Below the pieces are notes generated by a model, which ran no database searches, was not told the DNA's origin, and worked only from the letters and a program-made list of their open reading frames with translations. This document shows positions 39,744 through 50,044 of a stretch of DNA of 64,000 nucleotides, in pieces. The position numbers were made by a program, and so were the translations under genes. Within the stretch, counting starts at the first letter, position 1. Each line of letters opens with the position of its first letter. This DNA is from an uncultured Acidobacteriota bacterium (GTDB lineage Bacteria > Acidobacteriota > Thermoanaerobaculia > Multivoradales > JAHEKO01): NCBI GenBank assembly GCA_963713825.1, contig CAVQNG010000001.1:192001-256000 (forward strand), given 5' to 3'.

Positions 39744-40166
39744 TTGAAATCTCTGACCCAATACCTGTCTATGCACGTGAATGAGCGAATGGGGTTCGAG
39801 AACATCACTCGGGAAGTGACGGCAGCGGTTCGTAAGAGTGGTGTCGGCGAGGGACTCTGTCTCGTGAATGCCATGCACATCACCGCCAGCGTGTTCATCA
39901 ACGACGATGAGACGGGCCTGCATGAGGACTATCGCGGCTGGCTGGAGGACCTGGCTCCGTTCGACCCCAGCCCCGAGCGCTATCACCACAACCGGACGGG
40001 TGAAGACAATGCAGACGCCCATCACAAGCGACAAATCATGGGCCGAGAAGTCGTGGTGGCTGTGACGGAGGGGCGACTGGACCTCGGTCCGTGGGAGCAG
40101 ATCTTCTACGGCGAGTTCGACGGCAGGCGCACCAAGAGAGTGTTGATCAAGGTCATTGGCGACTAG
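39744..40166 (+). CDS. yjbQ: YjbQ/UPF0047 family protein
   Basis: AGGAGG RBS then TTG; [42 protein letters not shown]. Confidence 0.9.
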   Translation: MKSLTQYLSMHVNERMGFENITREVTAAVRKSGVGEGLCLVNAMHITASVFINDDETGLHEDYRGWLEDLAPFDPSPERYHHNRTGEDNADAHHKRQIMGREVVVAVTEGRLDLGPWEQIFYGEFDGRRTKRVLIKVIGD

Positions 40167-40178
40167 AGCAGGGGGCGG

Positions 40179-42449
40179 ATGCTCAACACCGGGAGCGGGC
40201 GCGGAACACGACGAGGCTTGTGGCACCTGTGGGTGGATACGGGTGGCACTTTCACCGACTGTGTCGGTCAGGATCCGACGGGAAGAACCCACAGAGCCAA
40301 ACTGCTGAGCAGTAGCTGTCTGCGGGGCATCGTAGTCGGAATGCCGGGTCCCTCGAGGTTGGTCCTCGAATTGGGATGGGAGCTACCGGCTGCCTTCCTG
40401 GAAGGTGCCGGAGTGCGGCTCCTTGGTGCTGACGGTGAGCTGGCGAGGATCGTTCATCATGTCGGTCCAGGTTGCGAGGTCGAGCTCGATCGCTCGGTCA
40501 GCGATGTCGAGACAGGAACTCCGTGCGAGATTGTCATCGCAGAGGAGGCACCCATCCTGGCGGCCCACCTGGTGACTGGTACTCCACTGGCAGCCGCATT
40601 ACCGCCGATAGCGATGCGTCTCGCCACGACGCGGGGCACGAACGCGCTGCTGGAAAGAAGGGGTGCCCGGACTGCCTTGTTCGTAACCCGTGGCTTCGCC
40701 GACCTTCTCGTCATCGGTAACCAGCAGCGCTCGAATCTGTTCGCTCTCGCAGTCTCCAAGCCTCCTCCGCTCTATGACACGGTCGTCGAGGTGGAGGAGC
40801 GACTGGACAGCGATGGCGCGGTGGTTGTGCCGCTCGACCTCGAGTCGGTTCGAGAGAGCGCTCGCGAAGTTCTCGGGTGCGGAGTCCAGACCGCGGCTAT
40901 CGCCCTTCTGCATAGCTATCGGCAGCCGCAGCACGAATTGGCTTTGGCCGAAGAGTTGCGGTCGATCGGATTCAACCACGTTTCATGCTCTGCGGAGTTG
41001 GCGCCACGAATCAAGATCGTGCCGCGCGCGGAGACCACGGTGGTGAATGCCTACCTTGCCGAGGTGATCGAAACCTACCTGGGGCGGGTCGTAGAGTCGC
41101 TCGCCGGTGGGAGGTTGCATGTTCTGACCAGCGCGGGCGGGCTCGTGCGTGCCGGGGAGTTTCTGCCCAAGGACAGCCTCCTGTCCGGTCCGGCTGGCGG
41201 CGTCGTCGGTGCGGCTCAGGCGGCGCTCCGCTCTGGTTTTCCACGTAGCCTGGCGCTGGATATGGGGGGAACCTCGACCGATGTCTCTCGTTTCGACGGC
41301 GACTACGACTATCTCTTCGAGACCCGAGTTGGAGATGCCCACCTGATGGCACCAACCTTGGCGATCGAGACTGTCGCCGCTGGAGGTGGCTCTGTCTGTC
41401 ATTTCGATGGGCATCAGCTCAAGGTGGGACCACAGAGTGCAGGAGCCACTCCTGGTCCGGCCTGTTACGGGGCTGGTGGACCCTTGACGTTGACCGATAT
41501 CAACCTGCTGCTGGGGCGTCTTCAACCAGACGCATTCGAGATTCCGATCGACATCGAGTTGTCGCGACAAGCTGCAGTCCGTCTTCAGAGCCAGGTCATG
41601 AATGCCGATGATGGGCCAATTGCGATGGTAGAGATGCTCGAAGGGCTGCTCGACATCGCCAACGAGCGCATGGCAGAGGCCGTGCGTCGCATTTCCATAA
41701 GACGAGGCTACAGTCCGAGCGACTACGCCCTGGTCGCGTTCGGAGGAGCGGGTGGTCAACACGCCTGCTCTCTTGCCGAGATACTGGACATCGAGACCGT
41801 GCTGGTACCCGCGGATGCGGGCCTTTTGAGCGCTGTTGGTCTGGGTCAGGCCCGTGTCGAGCGTTTCGCGGAGCGACAGATTCTGCAGCCATTGAACGAG
41901 GTGGCCGATAGCCTGGCGTCGATTCTCGAGGTCCTCGGGCGGGAGGCCGCAGAGGCGGTCGAAAGTGAAGGCGTTGACAGGTCCGAGGTGGAAGTGCGTC
42001 GTCGATTGGTTTACATCCGTTTCAGCGGGCAAGAGTCCAGTCTTGCGGTAGAAGCGAATCCGGAGAGTCCATTGCGAGAGTCGTTCATTCAAAGCTACAC
42101 GGATCATTATGGCTATCGACCCGAAGACCGCACCATCGAAGTGGAGTCGGTACGAGTCGTGGCGTCGTCAGCGGGCACCGCACTGGAGTTCATGGAGAGC
42201 TTTGAGCCTGCAAGAGAGTCGATAGTAGAGGGTCCCTCACGACAGCAGGCCTTCATCGGCAGCGATTGGAGGTCTGTCATGGCATACGATCGTGCCTGTC
42301 TGAGGGCGGGCTTCGATTTTGCCGGTCCTTGCCTGGTGTTCGAGCAGCATTGCTCGACGGTTGTCAATGAAGGGTGGGTCGGGCAGGTCGATGAGCACGG
42401 CTGCCTGGTACTGAGTCGGCAGGGTCGAGGGAAGCTCGACAATGACTGA
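40179..42449 (+). CDS. Hydantoinase/5-oxoprolinase subunit A (OPLAH N-terminal-like)
   Basis: DTGGTFTD, TT..TNALLER, SGPAGG, DMGGTSTDVS, AAGGGS, PGPACYG, FGGAGGQH. Confidence 0.92.
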   Translation: MLNTGSGRGTRRGLWHLWVDTGGTFTDCVGQDPTGRTHRAKLLSSSCLRGIVVGMPGPSRLVLELGWELPAAFLEGAGVRLLGADGELARIVHHVGPGCEVELDRSVSDVETGTPCEIVIAEEAPILAAHLVTGTPLAAALPPIAMRLATTRGTNALLERRGARTALFVTRGFADLLVIGNQQRSNLFALAVSKPPPLYDTVVEVEERLDSDGAVVVPLDLESVRESAREVLGCGVQTAAIALLHSYRQPQHELALAEELRSIGFNHVSCSAELAPRIKIVPRAETTVVNAYLAEVIETYLGRVVESLAGGRLHVLTSAGGLVRAGEFLPKDSLLSGPAGGVVGAAQAALRSGFPRSLALDMGGTSTDVSRFDGDYDYLFETRVGDAHLMAPTLAIETVAAGGGSVCHFDGHQLKVGPQSAGATPGPACYGAGGPLTLTDINLLLGRLQPDAFEIPIDIELSRQAAVRLQSQVMNADDGPIAMVEMLEGLLDIANERMAEAVRRISIRRGYSPSDYALVAFGGAGGQHACSLAEILDIETVLVPADAGLLSAVGLGQARVERFAERQILQPLNEVADSLASILEVLGREAAEAVESEGVDRSEVEVRRRLVYIRFSGQESSLAVEANPESPLRESFIQSYTDHYGYRPEDRTIEVESVRVVASSAGTALEFMESFEPARESIVEGPSRQQAFIGSDWRSVMAYDRACLRAGFDFAGPCLVFEQHCSTVVNEGWVGQVDEHGCLVLSRQGRGKLDND

Positions 42450-44043
42450 GCGCCAGGACCGATCCAGAGCCGAAGCGGTCGAGTTGGAACTCTTCGTCCA
42501 CCGATTTTCGGCGATCGCCTGGCAAATGGGCGAGGCCCTCCGCCGTACCGCGCTGTCCGTGAACGTCAAGGAACGATTGGATTTCTCCTGTGCCCTTCTG
42601 GACCCGGAGGGAGAGCTGGTCGTCAACGCGCCCCACATACCCGTTCACCTGGGTGCGCTCGGACTCTGCGTGCGTACCGTCAAAGACGTCTTGCCCCTTG
42701 GCCCTGGAGATGTCGCGGTAACGAATCATCCCGGATTTGGTGGTTCCCACCTACCGGATGTCACCGTCATCTCCCCTGTCTTTGGTGTGGCGTCTGCAAA
42801 GGGTTCGGGCGAGAGGCCACTGTTGGGCTACGTCGCTAGCCGTGCTCATCACGCGGAGATCGGCGGCAGCCGGCCGGGCTCGATGCCGCCGGGGGCGCAC
42901 AGCCTGGCCGAGGAGGGTGTCGTTCTCGAGCCTCAGTACCTGGTGCGGTCGGGAAGACCGATGTGGTCCGAGATCCGCCAGCGACTCACCGAGGGCCGGT
43001 TCCCTTCCAGGGCGGTGGAAGAGAACCTGGCCGACCTGGCGGCTGCTGTAGCGGCGAATCAACGAGGCATCCTGGCACTTCGGGAATTGGCTCAACTGCA
43101 TGGTGTTGGTACGGTCCACCACTACATGAACGCCCTGAAATGGCAGTCTGAGACTCGGGTCCGCGAGGCTCTCAGGGGTCTCGGGGATGGCACGTTCCAA
43201 GCTACGGAACAGCTCGATGATGGCTCGCCTCTCGCCGTGTCCCTAGAATTGTCGGATGGGCGGGGAGTGGTTAGTTTCGAGGGCTCATCGCCGGTGCATC
43301 CCGGCAATCTGAACGCCACACCGGCGGTCGTTCGCAGCGTTGTTCTCTACGCCTTTCGCTTGCTTCTCGACCGACCGCTACCGCTCAACGAGGGTTTGTT
43401 GAGAACAGTGCGATTGGAGATCCCCGAGGGGATCCTGAACCCCCCTTTTCCGTCCGACCCTCAGATGGCTCCAGCTGTGGTAGGTGGCAATGTAGAGACC
43501 AGTCAGCGTTTGGTGGACACCTTGATCAAGGCCCTCGGGCTGGCCGCATGCAGTCAGGGAACGATGAACAACGTTCTGTTCGGAAACGAGGACTTCGGTT
43601 ACTACGAGACCGTATGCGGAGGCTGTGGAGCAGGGGAGGGATTTGCTGGGCAGAGCGCCGTCCACAGCCACATGACAAACACCGCCATTACCGACCCGGA
43701 AGTTCTCGAGCATCGTTACCCGGTGCGGTTGGAGTCGTTCTCCATCCGGCGCGGCTCGGGTGGACGCGGTGTGTTTCGAGGCGGCGACGGAGTCGCGAGG
43801 GAGTTTCTATTCCTGCAACCGATGTCCCTGTCCATCTTGAGTCAGCACCGGGTCGAGGCTCCCTATGGCGCAGCGGGTGGTGGCAGGGGCTCTCTCGGCC
43901 GGCAGGTTGTCAGGCGCGCAGGCGGACAGGAAGTGTTTCTGGAAGGTGTCGATGGCTGTGAGGTCGAGCCGGGCGATCGACTGCTGCTCGAGACACCTGG
44001 AGGGGGCGGTTGGGGTCGAGCGGAGCCGGGAGATGCCGAGTGA
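42442..44043 (+). CDS. Hydantoinase/5-oxoprolinase subunit B
   Basis: S.NVKERLDFSCA, APHIPVHLG, GSHLPD, HHAEIGG..PGSMP, GGNVETSQR, SQGTMNN, TPGGGGWG. Confidence 0.92.
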   Translation: MTERQDRSRAEAVELELFVHRFSAIAWQMGEALRRTALSVNVKERLDFSCALLDPEGELVVNAPHIPVHLGALGLCVRTVKDVLPLGPGDVAVTNHPGFGGSHLPDVTVISPVFGVASAKGSGERPLLGYVASRAHHAEIGGSRPGSMPPGAHSLAEEGVVLEPQYLVRSGRPMWSEIRQRLTEGRFPSRAVEENLADLAAAVAANQRGILALRELAQLHGVGTVHHYMNALKWQSETRVREALRGLGDGTFQATEQLDDGSPLAVSLELSDGRGVVSFEGSSPVHPGNLNATPAVVRSVVLYAFRLLLDRPLPLNEGLLRTVRLEIPEGILNPPFPSDPQMAPAVVGGNVETSQRLVDTLIKALGLAACSQGTMNNVLFGNEDFGYYETVCGGCGAGEGFAGQSAVHSHMTNTAITDPEVLEHRYPVRLESFSIRRGSGGRGVFRGGDGVAREFLFLQPMSLSILSQHRVEAPYGAAGGGRGSLGRQVVRRAGGQEVFLEGVDGCEVEPGDRLLLETPGGGGWGRAEPGDAE

Positions 44044-45329
44044 AACGCTTGGCATCCATCCTGCTGTGGTCGGTGATCGCAGCCGCGTTCATCGGACCGG
44101 GGACGGTGACGACAGCGGCTTCTGCCGGTGCCACCTACGGGCTGAGCCTTCTCTGGGCGCTGCTTTTCTCGACGGCCGCTTGCCTCGTCTTGCAGGAAGC
44201 CAGCGCCAGACTGACCATTGTTTCGGGGCGAAATCTCGGTCAAGCGCTACGTGACCAGTATCGGGCCGGGCCGCAGAAAGGAGCCGTGCTCTTCCTGGTC
44301 CTGGGAGCCATCGTCGCGGGATGCGCAGCCTATGAAGCCGGCAACATCCTGGGTGGAGTCTCGGGCGCGGTGATGGTGACCGGATGGCCGGCTCACCTCT
44401 TGACGCTGGGGAGTGGAGTGATCGCCGGCGCGCTGTTGTGGCGCAGCCCTCCACAGACCGTGGCGCGCAGCCTGAGCCTGGTCGTGGCAGTCATGGGTTT
44501 GGCTTTTCTTTGCACGGCAGTACTCCAGCGCCCCTCTCTAGGAGAGATTCTGCGAGCCAGCCTCGTGCCCTCGATGCCTAGAGGTTCGGGCCTTCTGATC
44601 TTGGGACTGGTGGGCACCACGGTAGTGCCCTACAACCTCTTCTTGGGTTCAGGTATTGCGGCCGGGCAGGAGCTGCGGGATTTGCGCCTCGGCTTGATGG
44701 TCGCAGTCGGGCTCGGGGGGCTCATCTCGATGGCGGTGTTGGTGACGGGAACTGCGGTGGAGGGCAGTTTCTCGTTTCTTGCCTTGTCCGAGGTCTTGAC
44801 AGTAGAGCTCGGCAGCTGGGCTGCGAGTCTATTTGCTCTTGGACTCCTCGGAGCCGGACTCTCTTCAGCCATTACCGCGCCGTTGGCGGCGGCCGTGACG
44901 GCTCGCAGCCTGCTTCAGGAGGACGGGGAGGATGACCGCTGGAGTCCGACTGCCTGGCGATATCGATCGGTTTGGATCGGGGTGCTGATGTTTGGACTCG
45001 GTTTCGGCCTCAGCGGCGTACGACCTGTCCCGGCCATCATCCTGGCGCAGGCTCTGAACGGCTTCTTGCTGCCGTTGGTCTCGGTATTCCTGTTTCTGGC
45101 CGTCAATGACCGAAGACTGATGGGAGAAGCCGTCAATGGCAGGCTGGCCAACGTTGCCACCCTCGGTGTGGTTTGGGTCGCCATGCTGCTTGGGGTGACA
45201 GCCGTATCCAGGGCGGTTTCAAGTGCTTTCGCTCTGCCACCCCTCGGTGGGTTTTGGCTCGTCGTGGTTTCCAGCTTCGTGATGCTGCTGTTGGTGGTAC
45301 CGGCGTACCGAAGCCGGCGAGGTCAGTGA
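44040..45329 (+). CDS. NRAMP-fold (YcsG-like) transporter
   Basis: AAAFIGPGTVTT, QE..ARL, GN..G, GTTVVPYNLFL, AQA.NG..LP; about 11 TM helices. Confidence 0.82.
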   Translation: MKRLASILLWSVIAAAFIGPGTVTTAASAGATYGLSLLWALLFSTAACLVLQEASARLTIVSGRNLGQALRDQYRAGPQKGAVLFLVLGAIVAGCAAYEAGNILGGVSGAVMVTGWPAHLLTLGSGVIAGALLWRSPPQTVARSLSLVVAVMGLAFLCTAVLQRPSLGEILRASLVPSMPRGSGLLILGLVGTTVVPYNLFLGSGIAAGQELRDLRLGLMVAVGLGGLISMAVLVTGTAVEGSFSFLALSEVLTVELGSWAASLFALGLLGAGLSSAITAPLAAAVTARSLLQEDGEDDRWSPTAWRYRSVWIGVLMFGLGFGLSGVRPVPAIILAQALNGFLLPLVSVFLFLAVNDRRLMGEAVNGRLANVATLGVVWVAMLLGVTAVSRAVSSAFALPPLGGFWLVVVSSFVMLLLVVPAYRSRRGQ

Positions 45330-45374
45330 AGGAATTGACCGCCCCAGCGCAGCAAATAGGAGGGAGAGAGTCGA

Positions 45375-46727
45375 TCAGCGGACAGAGGCCAAGGAACTCA
45401 CAGAAGAAAACGACGCGGCTGCCCTCCAGAGGGTGACGGTGCGGGCGAGCATGAAGGCAGCCAACGAGGCCCACAGAAGGTGGTTGTTCTCGAAGCGAAG
45501 GGCTAGCGCTGCAATGGGCAAGAAGACAACGAACGTGCTTATCAGCATGGCGTTTCTCAGCGCTCGTCCGGCCGTCAGGCCGAGAAACAGTCCGTCGTAG
45601 ATATAGGCCAGGGAACCGAACAGCAGCACTGGGGCGAGCCATGGCAGGTACTGGAGAGCGGTTTCGACAGTTTGTGGGTGTGATGTCAGGAGGCGGATAG
45701 GGGCCGCTGGCCGGAGGATGGCGAGCGCTGAGAATGGCAGGGCAAAGGCGAGCCCAACCCTCAAGGCGAGACGCTGAAGGCGCCTCAGAGCGCTTCGGTC
45801 CCCGGTCCCGAAGAGAATTCCCGCCAGACTCTCCGTGGCGAAAGCGGCGCCGTCGATGAGGTAGGCCGCCAACATCACCCAGCGGAGGAGAACGGCGTTG
45901 GCCGCCAGGATCACGGTGCCGAGTATCGAGCTGAAATTGGTGAACAAGGCGAAGGCACTGACCAGTGCGATGGTCCGCAGCAGAATGTCCCGATTGAGCC
46001 GCATCAGCTTCGTTAGAGCCTGCGCCTGCCAGACCTCCGACCAGACCCAGGGAACCTCGCTCCTGCGGGTGCGGAAGAGAACGAGAGCCGCCACGAGCAT
46101 GAGGAACTGACTGATTGTGGTTCCGAGACCGGCTCCGAAAGCGGCCAGGTCCATCTCCACGATGAAGACATAGTCGAGGATGACGTTGGCGATATTGGCC
46201 ACCGCTGTCATCACCAGAGCCGCGCCACTTTCTTCCCTGCCGAGGAACCAACCCAGAAATACGAAGTTGGAAAGCGTGGCGGGTGCCGCCCAGATGCGGG
46301 CGTTGAAGTAGGCCCGTCCCGCTGCTTCTACTTCGGGTGCGCCGCCAAGCAGAAGAAAGCCACTCTCCCTGAGTGGAACTCGGAGAATCAGAATAGCCAC
46401 AGCCAGCAGCCAGGCGAGAAGAAGTGATCGGTAAAGGGTACGAAAGACCTCTCCCGTATCGCTACGACCGACAGCCTGCGCCGTGGTGCCAGTCGTACCC
46501 ATGCGGAGAAACCCGAACGACCAGTAGACGTACTCGAAGATCACCGATGCAAGAGCGACACCGGCGAGAAAGTGAATGCTCTCGAGGTGTCCGAGCAGCG
46601 CGGTATCGACCAGGGAGGCTAGCGGTACCGTGATGTTCGCGACGATGTTGAGAAATGTGAGACGGGCAAAGCGGCGACGTAGATCACCATTCTTGACACT
46701 CGTCTTGTGGTCGATCTCGGATTGCAT
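45375..46727 (-). CDS. MATE-family efflux transporter (DinF-like)
   Basis: NITVPL..LVDTA.LGHL, FGFLRMGTTG..AQ, DG.AFA.E..AG. Confidence 0.9.
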   Translation of the reverse strand: MQSEIDHKTSVKNGDLRRRFARLTFLNIVANITVPLASLVDTALLGHLESIHFLAGVALASVIFEYVYWSFGFLRMGTTGTTAQAVGRSDTGEVFRTLYRSLLLAWLLAVAILILRVPLRESGFLLLGGAPEVEAAGRAYFNARIWAAPATLSNFVFLGWFLGREESGAALVMTAVANIANVILDYVFIVEMDLAAFGAGLGTTISQFLMLVAALVLFRTRRSEVPWVWSEVWQAQALTKLMRLNRDILLRTIALVSAFALFTNFSSILGTVILAANAVLLRWVMLAAYLIDGAAFATESLAGILFGTGDRSALRRLQRLALRVGLAFALPFSALAILRPAAPIRLLTSHPQTVETALQYLPWLAPVLLFGSLAYIYDGLFLGLTAGRALRNAMLISTFVVFLPIAALALRFENNHLLWASLAAFMLARTVTLWRAAASFSSVSSLASVR

Positions 46728-46824
46728 GCCCTGTGCCCGATGGCGCGATCGCTGTTGGTGACGATTGGTGGCGGGCGATAGACTATCCCGAGTTGGAAGG
46801 CAATGAACGAAAGGGTTCTGAGGT

Positions 46825-48306
46825 ATGAGAACGCAATGCAGGAACCGAGTGATTCGAACGAGCCTTGCGGCCCCGATTCTGGTGCTGCTGACGACAATTG
46901 GCTGTGCCACCAATCCTGCGACAGGCGGCCGCCAGTTGATGCTGGTGAGCCAGGAGCAGGAGTCCCAGATGGGTCGCCAGCAAGACGAGCAGATCGTCGC
47001 CAGTGGCCAGGTCTACGACGATCAAGACCTGCAGGACTATGTCCAGGGCTTGGGCTCCCAGTTGGCTGCGGTGTCCGAGCGACCCGAGCTGCCGTGGACC
47101 TTCCGGGTTCTCGATGACGACATTGTCAATGCTTTTGCGGCCCCGGGCGGCTATATCTACGTCACCCGCGGGATTCTCAGTCATCTCAATTCGGAAGCGG
47201 AGTTGATGACCGTGCTCGGGCACGAGATCGGCCATGTGACCGCTCGACACTCAGCCAACCAGATCAGCAAGCAACAGCTCATGGGGATGGGGTTGGCGGT
47301 GGGCATGATTCTGGAGCCGGCGGTAGCGGCCTGGAGCGATGTGGCGCAAGCGGGCCTCGGCCTCGCGGCGTTGAAGTTCTCGCGAGACGACGAGCGCCAG
47401 GCGGACAGACTCGGTCTGCGTTACATGCTGGGTGCGGGCTACGACCCTCACCAGGCGCCGGAGGTATTCGACATGCTCGATCGAGTGACCCGGACCAGCG
47501 GCAACGGTGGAATGCCAAGCTGGGCGTCGACCCATCCGCAGCCGGAGAACCGGACCGGTCTGATCGATCGGCAGCTGGCAGAAATGGAGCCTCTGCCAGT
47601 CGATCTGACCGTCGAGCGGAGAGGCTATCTACAACGACTGAACGGACTGGTGTTCGGGCCAGATCCCCGGGAGGGATTCTTCAGAGACGAGTTGTTCCTG
47701 CACCCTGGTTTGGCATTCCGCATCGATTTTCCGCGCGGCTGGAAGACCCACAACGCCAAGGACCTGGTCGCCGGTGTGAGCCCGAATCAGGATGCGGCCA
47801 TCGTCCTGGGTTTGGCAGAGGAGAAGGATGCGTTGCGGGCGGCGGAGAAGTTCGTGCGGGATGAAGGTGTTCGCGGTGAGAGTCCGAGAACAGGCCGAAT
47901 CAACGGTCAGCAAGCAGCATGGACTCGATTTGAAGTGGCAACGGGAGCCAGTTCCGAGGACTTCGCGGGACGGGCTCTTTTCGTGCTGCATGGGGACCTG
48001 GTCTTCAGGATCGTCGGCTATGCCCCACGTAGTCGCTGGAGCGGCTATGCGAAGACGGTCGAGGCCGCGATGCAGACCTTTGCCAGGGAGACCGATCCGC
48101 AGGTCCTGAACATTCAACCGGCCCGCGTCATGCTGGTGCAGGCCGACTCCGCCATGAGTCTCAGCGAATTCTGCCGACGCCATGGATCGAGCATCTCTGT
48201 CGAGGAGGTGGCGCTGCTCAACGATCTTCGTCCCAATGCGAGCGTCGAAAAGGGAGACCTGATCAAGCTGGTGATCGGCGGCCCACCGGCCGCAGCGAAA
48301 CGCTAG
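46825..48306 (+). CDS. M48-family metalloprotease lipoprotein with C-terminal LysM-like region
   Basis: Lipobox [37 protein letters not shown]. Confidence 0.88.
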   Translation: MRTQCRNRVIRTSLAAPILVLLTTIGCATNPATGGRQLMLVSQEQESQMGRQQDEQIVASGQVYDDQDLQDYVQGLGSQLAAVSERPELPWTFRVLDDDIVNAFAAPGGYIYVTRGILSHLNSEAELMTVLGHEIGHVTARHSANQISKQQLMGMGLAVGMILEPAVAAWSDVAQAGLGLAALKFSRDDERQADRLGLRYMLGAGYDPHQAPEVFDMLDRVTRTSGNGGMPSWASTHPQPENRTGLIDRQLAEMEPLPVDLTVERRGYLQRLNGLVFGPDPREGFFRDELFLHPGLAFRIDFPRGWKTHNAKDLVAGVSPNQDAAIVLGLAEEKDALRAAEKFVRDEGVRGESPRTGRINGQQAAWTRFEVATGASSEDFAGRALFVLHGDLVFRIVGYAPRSRWSGYAKTVEAAMQTFARETDPQVLNIQPARVMLVQADSAMSLSEFCRRHGSSISVEEVALLNDLRPNASVEKGDLIKLVIGGPPAAAKR

Positions 48307-49271
48307 ATGCGCTCCTGCTCCGAGATTTCTTCGAGCCATCGCTCGGCATCGATCGCAGCCTTGCAGCCGGAGCCGGCCGCGCTGATGGCTTGTCTGTAGA
48401 TCGGATCTGTAGCGTCGCCACAGGCAAAGACACCCTCGACGTTGGTTCGCGTCGAGGGTTCCTGAGTCTCAATGTAGCCCACATCGTTCAACTCCAGCAC
48501 ATCCCGAAACAGGGCCGTGTTGGGAGTGTGGCCAATGGCGACGAAGACTCCATCACAGGGAAATTCGGACTCCTCGCCGGTTTGCGTGTCTTCGAGTCGG
48601 ACGCCATGGACCTTGTCCTCACGACTGCCGATGATCTCGATGACCTGCTTGTTCCACAGCCAATCGACCTTGTCGTTGGCCCGAGCTCGGTCCTGCATGA
48701 TCTGCGAGGCGCGGAGCTCGTCTCGTCGGTGAATCACCGTCACTTTGCTGGCGAATTTCGTTAGAAAGACAGCTTCCTCGAGGGCGCTGTCACCGCCGCC
48801 GATGACGACGACCTCTTTGTCTTTGAAGAAGAATCCGTCGCAGGTTGCGCAGGCGGAGACTCCATAGCCCATGAGCTCTCGTTCCGACTCCAGGCCGATC
48901 TGTTTGGCACTGGCTCCAGTGGCGATGATCAGGCTGTCGGCCAAGTAGCGGTCCTCGTCGGTGCGGATTTCGAAGGGTCTGGTCGCTAGGTCGACCGCGG
49001 AAACCGCTTCGAACTTGACCTGAGCGCCAAAGCGCTTCGCCTGGGTCCGCATCCTATCCATCAGCTCCGGTCCCAGAATACCGTCCGGAAAGCCCGGAAA
49101 GTTCTCCACGTCGGTGGTGATGGTGAGCTGTCCGCCCGGTTGAGTGCCCTCGAGAACGAGGGGGTTGAGGTTGGCCCTGCCGGCATAGAGTGCGGCGGTC
49201 AGACCAGCAGGTCCCGAGCCCATCACGATGACATTGAAGTGGTTGTTGTCAGGGTTTCCGGTGGTCGACAT
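48303..49271 (-). CDS. trxB: Thioredoxin reductase
   Basis: GSGPAG.TAA.Y, GGQL..TT.VENFPG, CATCDG, GGGDSA.EEA, YRQA. Confidence 0.96.
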   Translation of the reverse strand: MSTTGNPDNNHFNVIVMGSGPAGLTAALYAGRANLNPLVLEGTQPGGQLTITTDVENFPGFPDGILGPELMDRMRTQAKRFGAQVKFEAVSAVDLATRPFEIRTDEDRYLADSLIIATGASAKQIGLESERELMGYGVSACATCDGFFFKDKEVVVIGGGDSALEEAVFLTKFASKVTVIHRRDELRASQIMQDRARANDKVDWLWNKQVIEIIGSREDKVHGVRLEDTQTGEESEFPCDGVFVAIGHTPNTALFRDVLELNDVGYIETQEPSTRTNVEGVFACGDATDPIYRQAISAAGSGCKAAIDAERWLEEISEQERI

Positions 49272-49349
49272 GATTGCCTGAGTCTCCTGCGTCCTCTCTG
49301 AATGTCGATTCGGCGACCGGAGACGATACCGGTCGGTAAAAGGGAAACC

Positions 49350-49358
49350 AGTATAGCA
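49350..49358 (-). promoter_or_regulatory. Extended -10 promoter for trxB (TGC-TATACT)
   Basis: Reverse complement of agtatagca; followed by 5'UTR hairpin CGACCGG/CCGGTCG (49314-49335). Confidence 0.55.
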
Positions 49359-49475
49359 ATCGTCGCGCCGTGGGGGAGAATGGGCTATGCTCTGCGGCGC
49401 GACTGTGACAAGAGCGAGGTGCTTAGAGAGTCGATCTCGGGTCGATAGGCCATACCAGGAAAGGGAGAAGAGTCG

Positions 49476-49994
49476 ATGTTAGCCAGTGAAGAACTGCTGT
49501 CCGCAATGAATCAACAGGTTGGTAACGAGTTTGGAGCGTCCCTGCAATACGTGTCCATTGCCTCCTATTTCGACCGCGAAGCACTGAGCGGCTTGGCTCG
49601 GTTCTTCTACCGGCAGGCCGACGAAGAACGTGATCACGCCATGAAGTTCGCGCACTTCGTCGTCGATGCGGATGGGACTCTCGAGATTCCGGCGATACCT
49701 GCTCCCAAGAGCGACTTCGCCAGTGCGGAAGAGGCCGTGAAGTTGGCACTCGAATGGGAAGAAGAAGTGACGCAGCAAGTCTACAATCTGGTCGATATCG
49801 CCAAGCGGGATTCGAACTACATTGCCGTCCGGTTCCTCGACTGGTTTGTCAACGAGCAGTTTGAAGAAGTAAACACCATGAGTACTCTCCTACATGTCGT
49901 GAAGCGGGCAGGCGAAGGTGGCCTGCTGCACGTGGAGGAATTTCTGGCACGCGAAGGTGGGGAAATTCCGCCACCAGATGTCGATCTAGGGTAG
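49476..49994 (+). CDS. ftn: Bacterial ferritin
   Basis: N.Q...EF.AS..Y, Q..EE..HAMK, E..VT, FL.WFV.EQ.EE ferroxidase ligands. Confidence 0.9.
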   Translation: MLASEELLSAMNQQVGNEFGASLQYVSIASYFDREALSGLARFFYRQADEERDHAMKFAHFVVDADGTLEIPAIPAPKSDFASAEEAVKLALEWEEEVTQQVYNLVDIAKRDSNYIAVRFLDWFVNEQFEEVNTMSTLLHVVKRAGEGGLLHVEEFLAREGGEIPPPDVDLG

Positions 49995-50044
49995 CAGCCA
50001 GGCCGAAATCCGACCCGCAAGTGGTAGTTTGTAAAGGGGGCCTT

